Source: Eledone cirrhosa
Lineage: Eukaryota
Direction: 5' to 3'
DNA: 64,000 nucleotides
NCBI GenBank assembly: GCA_964016885.1
Contig: CAXHJY010000886.1
Coordinates: 1-64,000 of the forward strand
Below are positions 40,901 through 53,200 of the stretch, piece by piece; within the stretch, counting starts at the first letter, position 1, and every line of letters starts with the position of its first letter. Under the pieces are notes generated by a model. That model worked only from the letters and a program-made list of their open reading frames with translations, ran no database searches and was not told where the DNA came from. The position numbers and the translations under genes are program-made.

Positions 40901-43900
40901 AAAGAAGCTGAAAGCAGGAGGTTTGCCAATTTCTTGCAATGTGATCAGAGATGAGAAGTGTTTTGCATGTGTCTGTGATAACCGGGACATTGTTGTGGAA
41001 AAGTATGTGCAAAATGACACTAGTGCACTTTTCACTGATGCCCAAAGGAAAGAAGCATGAAAATACTATTGCAAAAGGTTGATGCATATGAAGAATGAGT
41101 GGAAGAGCTGACCCAACAGAGGTACTATCGAAATTGACAGTTATAGAGTCATGAAAGCAATCAAGGTGATAAAAAATGGTAAGGCCACAGGTCCATCAGA
41201 GATAGTCACTGAAATGTTGAAAACTTCTGGAGATACGAGTTGATCTAGTCATCCACAAAATCAATCATGTAGTACAAGATGGGATCATACCCAATGTCTG
41301 GTATAATAGTATATTCATCAATTGATTCAAGGAACAATATGATGCACTAGAGAGGAGCAACTGCAGATGCATAAAACCAGGTGATAAAAGTGACAGAGAG
41401 AGTTTTAGCACAACTAATGAAGAGAGTTAAATTAGATGAGATGGAGTTTGGTTTTGTACCTTCTTTTTAGTGAAACAAATTATTGCCCCTGAATATATAC
41501 CCTGAAATAAATGAATAACTAAAATACTCAGCAAATACATTATCATTGTTTAACGTCCATCTCCCACGCTAGTATGGGTTATTAAATATTGCAATCAACT
41601 TACTTGTCCTTTCCAAAAGGTATTACAAAATCTCAGTTGCTTTTGGTACCTACAGCTTTCATCTCTACAAAAAATAAGATACCAAATTAAAAATGAAATA
41701 ATAAAAAAAAAAAAAAAAAAATGTTTAATGTACTTAAAACATTGCCAGATAGAAATACAATTATGACGTTTATCATAAGATGGAAAGCATATTTGATTAT
41801 CTTTGATAATTTTTTTTGGGGGGGGGGGGGGGGGGGGGGGTTTATACTATTGAACACTAAATCAATTTATTTTGGGACCAATTTTTACGGCCAAGTACAA
41901 ACTATATATTTGCATATTTGCAGTAGTAGCTATAAAAGCAAAACAATATTGAAGTGTTTTTCATAAGTATAGTCAATTCTGTCCTCTTTCCTATGAGATT
42001 ATATCACCATTTTATGCCCATGTTTCCATGCTGGCATTTAATTAGAGTTCTTACCTCCTACACAGGATGGGAGTCACATTTTGCTTATATATATTCCAGT
42101 TTGGACATGGAACGTACATATATTCTGAATTGTAAATCAGCAAATATTAATTCCTAGCTAAGAATCTATTCCAATACATCAACATATTCTCAATGGATTC
42201 AGTTAATGATGATAATGATATTATAATTCTCACTGAAACAGAAAAAGTTCCAATCTTATGAATAAGACCATCTATTTTTGCAATAATATTTTCCCTAGAA
42301 CATACCATATACCAATATAGGGTATTTTGAAGTCTAACTACTGAATAGTCATTCAGAAAACAGAATGCTGCTCTTATTGCAGCATATTTTTACTAAAGCT
42401 AATTATTTTCAAATGTCAAATATTTGAAAAGAGTCTTGTTCTCAGTAATATGTAATTATAAGCTTTATTTTTCTTCAAAATATAAATAGAAAATTAGAAA
42501 GCAGTAAAGATATCCCTGAAATCCCCCCCCCCCCCCTCTCCCTCTTAACATCCTTGAGCGATAGTCAAACACCATTTTAACAGTACTATCACATGCCTTT
42601 AATGGGGTCTACTCTGTTGCAAACATTTCAGTCTGCTCTCCATTTGAGGATATTGTCCCCCTCACCTGTGTTGGAGGCTCCTAAAAAAGAGTCATGGGTA
42701 TTGTCCTTCCTTCCCTAACTAAGCGATAAGAAAAAGGAAAGAAAAGAGTGAATCTATCAACGTTCTACAAACCTTACTTTTAAATTAAGCCATCTGTAAC
42801 TATTTCTAATGAAATACATTGTTTCAATTAATTAAATTAATTAATGAGCTATTTTGAGGGAGTTAGTAAAATTATTATTTCATTACTAAGTAATTTTACA
42901 TATGGTTCTTATATAAAATTGCAGGAAGATTTTAATTTAAATAGGACCCCTTTTAAATGGGTGATTTTGTTTCTTAAAATCAGAGCCAATTTGGCCATAT
43001 AGGTATCAAAGGGATTAGATGTTACAAACACAGATGATCACCAGATTTCTTAAATTCCAGACTTGCCCTTCTTTCAAGAAAATTAGTTTGATATTCCTGA
43101 AATGGTTTCTTTGAAATAATAAACAAAGGAAAGTTGTTTATTATTATTATTGTTGTTTATTTTATTCATTAGAATAGTTTTATTGTATCCCTGCATGTCA
43201 TAACAGGAAAAAAAAAAGATTGATATCAGGAAGGTTATAACATCATAAAACACTGCCTGGGAAAAGGGGACATAAAAACGATGAAAACAGCAAAATACCT
43301 TCGATGAATGACAGATGGCATCAAAGTCAAATAATAGTTCTTAACAACAGCATCATATATAGCAGTCAAACGAGGATCTACACTTGGTTTGTAACCTAAC
43401 AAAGCAAACACACCAAGGTTAATTTCTCTGATTTAAAAGAAACATTTAAATAGGGGTGGATATTTTAACTGCAAAAGTCTAATTTGAAATACTCATGTGG
43501 TGAGAACAGACTCAATACCATATTTCCTGGAGCCGAAGACACTTTGTCCTCAAGGACGCACCCTAAGTTTGACAACCAAAAATTTGAAAAAAAATAATAA
43601 ACAACCTTTGGCCTCCAGGACGCATGGTAGATTTTTTAGACTTATTTTAAGAAAAATCTAGCGTTTTCGACGCCAGGAAATACGGTGACTAATATTTTAA
43701 TTATTTCAGCAAATAGGGGAGTCAATTCCAGACATGCTTTGGTTTTATCAGACCTCACCAAAGCATATGCTTCACCATATCTGCTAAAGTAATTCTCTGT
43801 ATTAAAATTGTTTACTTCTACTTAGCATAAAACTTGACAGGTTTTAGCAAAGCTTAGTGAAAACTAAAAAATATAAATTTGTTTTTGCATGTTTCTTATC

Positions 43901-46706
43901 TACCACAACCTCTTAGCTATAATTTTATCAGGAATAATATCAAATTATTAAGTGGAATCGTTGAGATTTTGACAAAATGAAAGAAATGATATTTGGTGAT
44001 AGAACAATAAAGTGAAGTTTGGGCTTCCTATGATAACTATGTTTCCAAAATACCTAGAAGGCCAAAGATTTAAGGGAAGGGGAACTGTTCATTAAATCAA
44101 TTCCAGTACCTAACTGGTACTTTATTCAATCAGCCCTGGAAGGATAAAAAGCAAAAGTAACCTCGGTAAGACTTGAACTCAGATTGTAAAGAGGTGAAAC
44201 AAATATGGCAAAGCATTTTGTCTGATGCTCTGATAATAATGATGCTTATATGTAATTAATAATTTTTATTGGATAATTACTAATTACATAATAAAAATGT
44301 TAACCATAGAAAATAAATTCTACATGTATGTGTGTGTGTGTGTGTGCGTTCCTTCTATAAAACTAACTACTATAACATTTATCTAGCACCCACAAAACTT
44401 TTAATACTCTGCTATATGGTTTCAGCCTACAATAGACTACTCCCCAACCCTAAATTACTTCTAATTTAGATCAGTCTACATAAGAGTTATCCCCTCTTAT
44501 TTAACTGGCAACCGATCACCACGATTTCTCTCCCCTTCCATAAGAGTACTCAAATTAAACTCGTATCTTGTCGACATACATTTCATTCCAATATGTCGAA
44601 CTGGCGAGCTGTTGAAATATTCCCACAGTGAAATGCATATCTTCAGCAGATGAAAATGTGAATTTAATATAATTTATATTTACTCACATCATCATCAATT
44701 CAAGGGTTAAAGATTATATCTTCAAGTTATTTCCCTTTGTTATAATACATTTTCATAAACAAGTTATAAGTATACATTAAAAAAACAAAGCAAACATTGC
44801 TTCAAGAATTATAGCCTGATTATGCTGGAGGAAGAAAAAAGATGAAAAGAGAAAGGAAAGAAGGGTTAAGCAATGAAAGAAAGAAAGAGGAGGGGGCAGT
44901 TACTACACCCCAGTCTGAGCCACACCCCGTGGACAAAACAACAGTGTTACTGCAGAGAATGGCCAGAGAGACACAGACTCCAACAGTCACCCGACCTCAT
45001 GGTTCTCTCTGTTTTTCTGACTTTGCAGAGGAAATCAGCAATGTGGAGAACAGGGACACCAGAGGTCTTGCCGGAGATTCGTGCAAAGAGGAAGCAGTCA
45101 GTCAGGCTCTGGTATTTGACTATCTTCTTCTCCTCTGTGTTGGAATATAAAAATTCACTACAGAGAGGAGCAATTATAGGGGCATAAACTGATGGATCAG
45201 GTTATGAAAGTGGCAGAGAGAATATTAGCGCAACTAATTAGAGAAAGGGTCAAATTAGATGAGATGCAGTTTGGTTTTGTGCCTCGGAAAAGTACAACAG
45301 ATGCTCTCTTCTTAGTGAGACAACTACAAAAGAGGTTAAGCCACTATACTTAGCTTTTGTTGACCTAGAGAAGGCCTTTGATAGGGTACCCTGATCTGTC
45401 ATCTGGTGGTCCCTAAGGAAACTAGGTGTAGAGGAATGGCTTGTGAGGACAGTGCAAGCTATGTACAGAGGTACTGTCAGTAAACTGAGAGTAGGAATGG
45501 AGTTTAGTGAGGAATTCCAGATACAAGTAGGAGTACATCAGGGTTCGGTACTCAGTGCTGACGATCTGGTTCTTATAGTAGAATCAGTAGAGTAGCTAGG
45601 GAATAAATTCTGGCTATGGAAACAGCAGTTGGAATCAAGAGGACTGAGAGTGAACACAAACAAGACAAAAGTGTTGATGAGTAGAAGAGAGGACAATACT
45701 CTGATTCCATCAGGGAAATGGCCATGTTTGATATGTAGAAAAGGAACTGGCATAAATTCCATAAAATGTATGCAATGCAGATCTTGGGTACACAAGAGAT
45801 GTAGTGGGATAGCAGGCAAACTAATAGGTAGGGAAAACTATGTATGCAGTAGATGTATAGGGAAATTTGACAGTAGAAGTCACAGTAACAGACACATTTT
45901 TCAAATGCAGGTGGGTTCTATAGAAGTGGTTGATAGCTTCTGGTACCTAGGTGATCAGATTAGAATGGGAGGGGGGTGTTCTGAGGCCATAGTATCTAGA
46001 ATAAGGAAGGGTTGGAAGAAGTTTAGGTAGCTGCTTCCTCCGTTGACAAAGAAGGGTTTCTTCCTGCATATGAAACGCCGGTTATATGATGCCTGTTTGA
46101 GATGCGCAATGCTGCATGGTAGTGAGACATGGGCAGCAACTGTAAAGGATATGCGACAGCTGGAAAGAAATGAAGCAGGCATGCTCCGATGGATGTGCAA
46201 TGTCAATGTGCGTGAATGACTAAGCATAGATGAGTTGAGTGAGAAACTTTGTATAAGAGGGATAAGTTATAGTGTACAGGAGAGAAGACTGCAATGATAT
46301 GGACATGTGATGCGCATGGAGGATGACCGCTGGGTAAAGAAGTGCCAAGAAATCCCAGTAGAAGGAAGTCACAGTAGAGGAAGACCACGAAAAACATGGG
46401 CAAAGGTGGTGAGAGCAGACCTCAGATCGCTGAAACTCACGGAGGAGATGACAAAGGACCGTGACAAGTGGAGAGATGCTGTGCTGAATAGAACCCATCC
46501 CACCCTTGCAAGCAGGGAAAAGCGGACGTAAAATGATGATGATGTCCATGATTGCCTGTTTGTTTATTTCCTGTAACTTAACAGTTTGACAAAGAGATCG
46601 ATGTAATTAACAGCAGACTTTCAAAATAAAAACTACTGAGAATATAATCGACTAAGCCCTTGAATTCAGTTCCCCGGCATGGTCACTGTTCAATGACTGA
46701 AGCATG

Positions 46707-46797
<91 letters not shown>

Positions 46798-49700
46798 TTC
46801 TTGTTTACAATGACAGAAATATTTGTATCTCATATTTTAGCAGCATAACTTTTATAATGTAAATTATTAGTGATTCTATTCAATCTAATAGAAGTTTCTG
46901 ACAAGTTATAATTCCAACCAAACCCTGCTACTGATTACAAGACACTGATGTCCTATTACAATGAGACTGTGTGCCTAAGAAAAGTCTTATAAAACAAATT
47001 GTTGGTTTAACCCTTTAGCATTTAAACTGGCCATATCCGGCCAGAATTCCCTCACCTCTTTCTGTTCAAACTGGGCCCCAACCAGCCCCTCATACTGATG
47101 TTAGGTATTGTTCTCAAAATAATATCAAAATCTCAGATTCGATATTATGAGAGATAATTATGTAAGATAAAACCTTTACTGCAAAAATACAATAGTAAAT
47201 ATAGAGTAATGTAAATGCTAAAGGGTTAAAGTATTACATAACAAGATCCTTACCTTGGTATGGTTCAATAGTTTCATTGAGGAATATTGGCAGCCATTCA
47301 TAAATTATTATATTCTATAAAATATATATTAAAATATACAAAGATTAAACGGTAGAGCTTAATTCTTAACATCCTGTAATGATTTAACAGACTTATATGA
47401 AGCACTGAGGGGATAAAGTTAATATAAAGAGTGATGTGTTAATATGCAGAGATACAATAAAATAGTTATAAAATATCTGGAAGATACGAGGTTCAATTCC
47501 TCGTAACAGCCAATGGCAACTTTTTTTTGTCTTCAAGGGTCTTCATCATATTTTATAGGGTATTTTATATTATCTCTGCACATAAGCACTCCATTCCTTA
47601 TATTACCCCAAAATGTGTTTGACATTATTGTACATATCACTAAACCCCAAGATAAATGTTTGAATATATTTCCCTTGGTTACACTCTTCCCCCAGTAAAA
47701 ATCAAATTTATAAGGGTTTTATTTTAGATAAGAGATGGAATGAAGGTCCCATTTCAAACTAAGTATTTTTGTAATTGGTACTTAATATTTTATAACTATG
47801 TTATTGTATCCCTGCACATGAGCACATCACTCTTTATATTAACTTTACCTCCTCATATTTCGTATAAGTCAGAGATCCACTATTTATATACAAGGTTTGT
47901 TTACTTTTTTTTTTTATTTAAAATAATCAAAATATAAATTGTTTTTATGAAAGATAAAACAAAATTATTTCGTTTTGATACCAAACTACCTGAAACTGCT
48001 CATGGTTCTACAATAGAAAACTTTATTTCAAAGAGTTTATATCTATCTAAAAACTTTCCATCATAATTTTACATAAAAACTTTTGTTGTGTTATGTTCCA
48101 AACACCAGCTTAGTGAAAAAGTTATATTACTAAATCCCTCCAGATTTATTATTATTTTCAACATTATTTGATTCACATAGGTATATTTCATTAGAAATAT
48201 CGCAATAAATGAGTTAATAAACCCAATATAATTGTATGCAATTGAAAAGTATTCTAAATTTACCTGCATTGAAGCTATTACCCAACTTCGAGCTTTATAA
48301 AATAATTCATCAGGTTTCATTTCAAAATGAAGCCGCAGTTCATCAACCAGGTAATTGTGCCATCGAAAGAACAGTATGCTTAATGTAAGAACAGCAGGAT
48401 TTTCATGTGCATGATTATTACCGAATTCTGAAAGTCAATAATCAATATATGATATAGTAAAATAATGATTGCAATTACAGTTTCATTTAAACATTTTTTC
48501 AATGCTTACATCTCATTCAATAGAGCTTAAGCACCTACTTCACTATTTTCCATGCAGAAAATATCCCTCTGTATGTTGTGTTATCACAACAGTGTATATA
48601 CAATATCTTTATCCTTTTACTGACTTCAGTCATTTGATGGTGGCCATACTGGGGCACTGCCTTAAAAGGATTTAGTTATCGTATTGATCCCAATACTTAT
48701 TTTATCAACTCCTTTTTGTTGAACTACAAGTTGCAAGACAAAAACACACACACACATATATATATATGATGGCTTCTGTGCTTTTCTGTCTACCAAATTT
48801 CACTCACAAGGTATTGGTCAACCCAAAGTTATAGTAGAAGACTCTTGCCCAAGGTGCTGCACAATGGAACTGAACCTAAAAGCACATAATTGCTAAGCAA
48901 ACTCCTTAACCACAGTCATGTGAATAACTGTTTTGCTGATGAGATTAAACTAGACTGAAACATGTTTAAGGTTATCTCCATTGTTACCTCAGGAAAGAAC
49001 TACTGGACAGATTTTATGGGCGAAGCCAACTGGCAGGTAGCCCAGAGGTAGAACACAAGCAAGTCGGCTGGATAACACCCATAAGCTCAGCTAGCCTTGC
49101 CTGGGACCCCACCCAGACCATAAAAATATTCAATTGGATTATCTATCAATAATATATTTTGTCAGAATTTCTAAAATGAGGAATTCTTACCATTATTAAC
49201 AGATTTATTCAAACTAATTTTCTCATTTTGGTTGTTATAGTTAGACTTCAGCCATAGTTCCCTGTGGCCTTCTTCAAGAGCCTGTCATATTTAGTGATCA
49301 TCTCAGAATTTCAAACTGATCTCTTTATTCAAACCACATTGGTAAACCATCCTCATTATGTTGGTAGGATAGCCTCATTATTTCATTAGTTACTGTGATA
49401 CTGCTTGCTTTTTCTACTTAATCCTTTTGATACCAAATTGTTTGAAACTACACCTGGTTCTATGGTACAAAACTTTGTTTTAAAATGTTTATATTTATCT
49501 AAAAACAGGTTGTATTGATTGTTCTAGTCTGAACAAATCAGTTTATAATAACTATCAATAATAATTTTATTTTTAAACTGAGATTATTAATAATAAAATA
49601 TAAGAGAAAAATATTTAAATTTACTTACTCCAATATTTCGTTGGATCTGCATAACCAGTACTGTGAGAGACTGGAAACCTCCACTCACCCAGTCCCATTG

Positions 49701-50205
49701 TGTTGAGGGAAGGGAATTTGTACCATATGTCACTTGCTTCCAATTTACCAGTCTTCCAATCTCGTAGAAGATTGGCAGTCACGTCATTGTTTCCATAGAT
49801 AACACTACCATCCAAAAAGCTGGTCACTTGGTTAATCTATAATTATTTAGTTTTATATACACGAATATTGATTAGATAAAAATTTGATTTACTTGGAATG
49901 GAAAATAATGTAATTTTTTTGGGGGGGATTATGGATTTTTAACCAAATATTTACATGGTACGTTTTGTTTATAGCACATAAAGAGGGTGGACTTGATAAG
50001 GTAATCTACCTTCATCTAAAGAGATACAGGTACATTCACTGCTATAAGCCCCAATATCACTTTGAAATGATTATTTTGTTGGTTTCAGTTGTAAATTAAA
50101 TTTCCTTGATGAGAAAAATGTTGAGAAAGAGCAATGCTCAATTTAATGGGGAGTGATTGATAAGCCATCCATCAATACTGGTCTTATGAATGAGCTAATG
50201 AGGAA

Positions 50206-50241
<36 letters not shown>

Positions 50242-53200
50242 CCACCCAATCTGCTAGAAAGCAGGCAAATCTCCAACAAACATTACTACTCTATAGGAAT
50301 ATTAATTAAATTGACCCTAGTACTTGACCGGTATTTTGTTTTATCAACCCAAGAAGGATGAAAGGGAAAGTTAACCATGGCAGGATTTTGAACTTAAAGG
50401 GTTAAACTATTGACTGTAAGCATTCTGATGCTTTAATGATTCTGAAAATTCAACCCTATATCAGGTTAAGAATATAAAAATAAGTGAGAAATTTATATGA
50501 AATGATGTAAGTAGCTTGTTTATTTTTGATTCTTTTTTCTTATTGTTTCCACTGTTTCAACAACAATGTTTTAAAGGTGTCACAACTAAAAGACCAAGTC
50601 CACACTGTAAGGTGATCATGTAGGAGTCACAACAATGCACCCAGTCCATACCGTAAGGTGATTGTGTAGGTGAGACAACAAAAAAACACACTGTAAATGT
50701 GGTTGGCATTAGGAAAGGCATCCAGCTGTAGAAACCAAGTCACAATCAGTTTTGTATGACTGAAACATGGTCCTCTGATCAGATCTCTCACAACAAGACA
50801 GCCCATCTTTCCTATGCTAAAGTGGAAACTGGACATTAAACGATGATGATGATGTAAATTCTTACCTGTTTCCTTGGGTTATTTGGAGAAATTCCTGATT
50901 GTCTGTCATATTCAGCACGTTCGTAGGGTATAAAATGGTTGCCGCTACATTTGTTATCAAAGTCATCATCACATTTTGGAACTTTTACATTGAGAATTTC
51001 AATAGGACAGCCAGGTTCATCAGTGCTGGAAATTTCTAAGGTAAGGAACTCTCCTGATTTTTTTAAATATATAAAATATCATTAAAAAATGTTTATAACA
51101 TTGTCACAATGCTTTCAAAAACTGCCCCAAACCTCAATAAATCATTTATTTTATATACACTAAATAAGTTCACCTCTTTCTGTTCAAACCAGCTGTATCT
51201 GACCACTCATACTAATGTTAAGGTATTGTTCTCAAAATAATTAATATCAAAAATCCCAGATTCGATATTATGTGAGATAATTGTGTAAGATATAGCCTTT
51301 ACCGTGAAAATACAATAGTAAATATAGAGTAATGTAAATGCTAAAGGGTTAATATTGATTCCTAACATAATTACAAGGCTTCAGATTTAAAGGAGGGGTG
51401 CAGTTGATTAAATCAATACCAGTATTTGACTAACACTCTAATGACCAGTCAACAGAAGAGAGATAAGTGTAAAAGTAAAACTCACTATCTTCAATTCAGT
51501 ATTTGTGCCTACTCTTATTTAAACTTTGTCAGTCCCCTGTCCCATTTCTTTTCAGATAATGTAACCAAAGTTACAATATACATAGAAAATATAAAAAGAT
51601 AGGATTATTTGTACATTGTTTTCTATTGAATTCTTTGGAAAACTTGTTTAACATTTTTTTACATTTACATACTTCTAAATTGATTATAAATGTAATTCTA
51701 TATCTGATGGAGGAATGAGTAAATATTTTATTTTTTTGCTTAGTCAGTCTTTACAGAGCTTCCAGAGATTGTGGAAAAGAGGTCAGTAATGTATCCCCAA
51801 ACTGGAGGCTAGACTTGAATGCTTGCAATAGAGTGTATTCTGTTAATACCCAATGGCCCCATGGTGGTGTTAAACCAGGTAACACCACCATATAGACCAC
51901 AAACGGATTTGAACTCAAAACACAAGCTGGAATAAATACCACAAAGCATCCTATCTGATGCTAACAGTTCTGCTAGTCCACCACCCTAGATGGGTAATTT
52001 ATCAACCCCAGAGGGATGAAAGGCAAAGTTGACCTTGGTAGGATCTAAACTCAGAATACAATGAGATTGAAAGGCATTTTGTCTGATGCCCTGTCATTGC
52101 TGTAGCTGAGAATTAGTTTCAAGTACAAAAAATAAAAATCCACCAGTTTTGTTATTACATCAACACCCGCACATAGCTACTTCTTTTACCTTGGTACTGA
52201 AAATCTAATGTGATTTCAAAATAATATACAAGTCAATACTTACCAAAATATGCAAACAATGCTGATTTTCCTGTAGTAGACACTTTATCAGTGCTCCCAC
52301 GAAACAACATGCTGCTAATGTTTCTTGGATTTGGTCTATGGGAACCAGATGGCAAGTATGTTTGGTCTTCATAATGACTCGGTAGATTAAACGCCAACGG
52401 GCAAACTGAAAATCAAAAAGTAAACTATTGTTATCATGTCTAATACTTAGTAAACAACATCAAAAGAAACTTTAGTCACTGACATGAGAGCTGAATTATT
52501 AACCCTTTTGGCATTAGAAAGGGCATCCAGCTGTAGAAATCTAGCCAAAACAGTTCTGTATGAGCAGGACACGGTCACCTGACCCAACTTGCCTCAAATG
52601 GGACAACCCATCTAACCCACGCTAATGTGGAAGTGGATGTTAAACGATGATGATGATGATAAACTACCTAAAACTGCCTCTGGTTTTACTATACTAAGGT
52701 GTTTATTTAAAGTGTTTATATCTATCTAAAAACTTCCCATCAGAATTTTATGTAAGAATTTTTAAGTTCTGTTGTAAACATCAGGTTAATAATGAGAAAA
52801 TTATATTACTAAATCCTTTCAAATTCTTGATTATTTTCAAAATGATTTGAAAAATCACAAGCATTGTCTTTGTTTAAAAACATGGTACAATACGCCTTCA
52901 GTATAATACGCCTTCAGTATAATACGCCTTCAGTATAATACGCCTTCAGTATAATACGCCTTCAGTATAATACGCCTTCAGTATAATACGCCTTCAGTAT
53001 AATACGCCTTCAGTATAATACGCCTTCAGTATAATACGCCTTCAGTATAATACGCCTTCAGTATAATACGCCTTCAGTATAATACGCCTTCAGTATAATA
53101 CGCCTTCAGTATAATACGCCTTCAGTATAATACGCCTTCAGTATAATACGCCTTCAGTATAATACGCCTTCAGTATAATACGACTTCAGTATAATACGCC

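Noticed and set aside
44560-44735. Candidate for the missing GY.. peroxidase exon
   Set aside because: It hits an early stop and shows no similarity. The real exon was found at 43299-43395.
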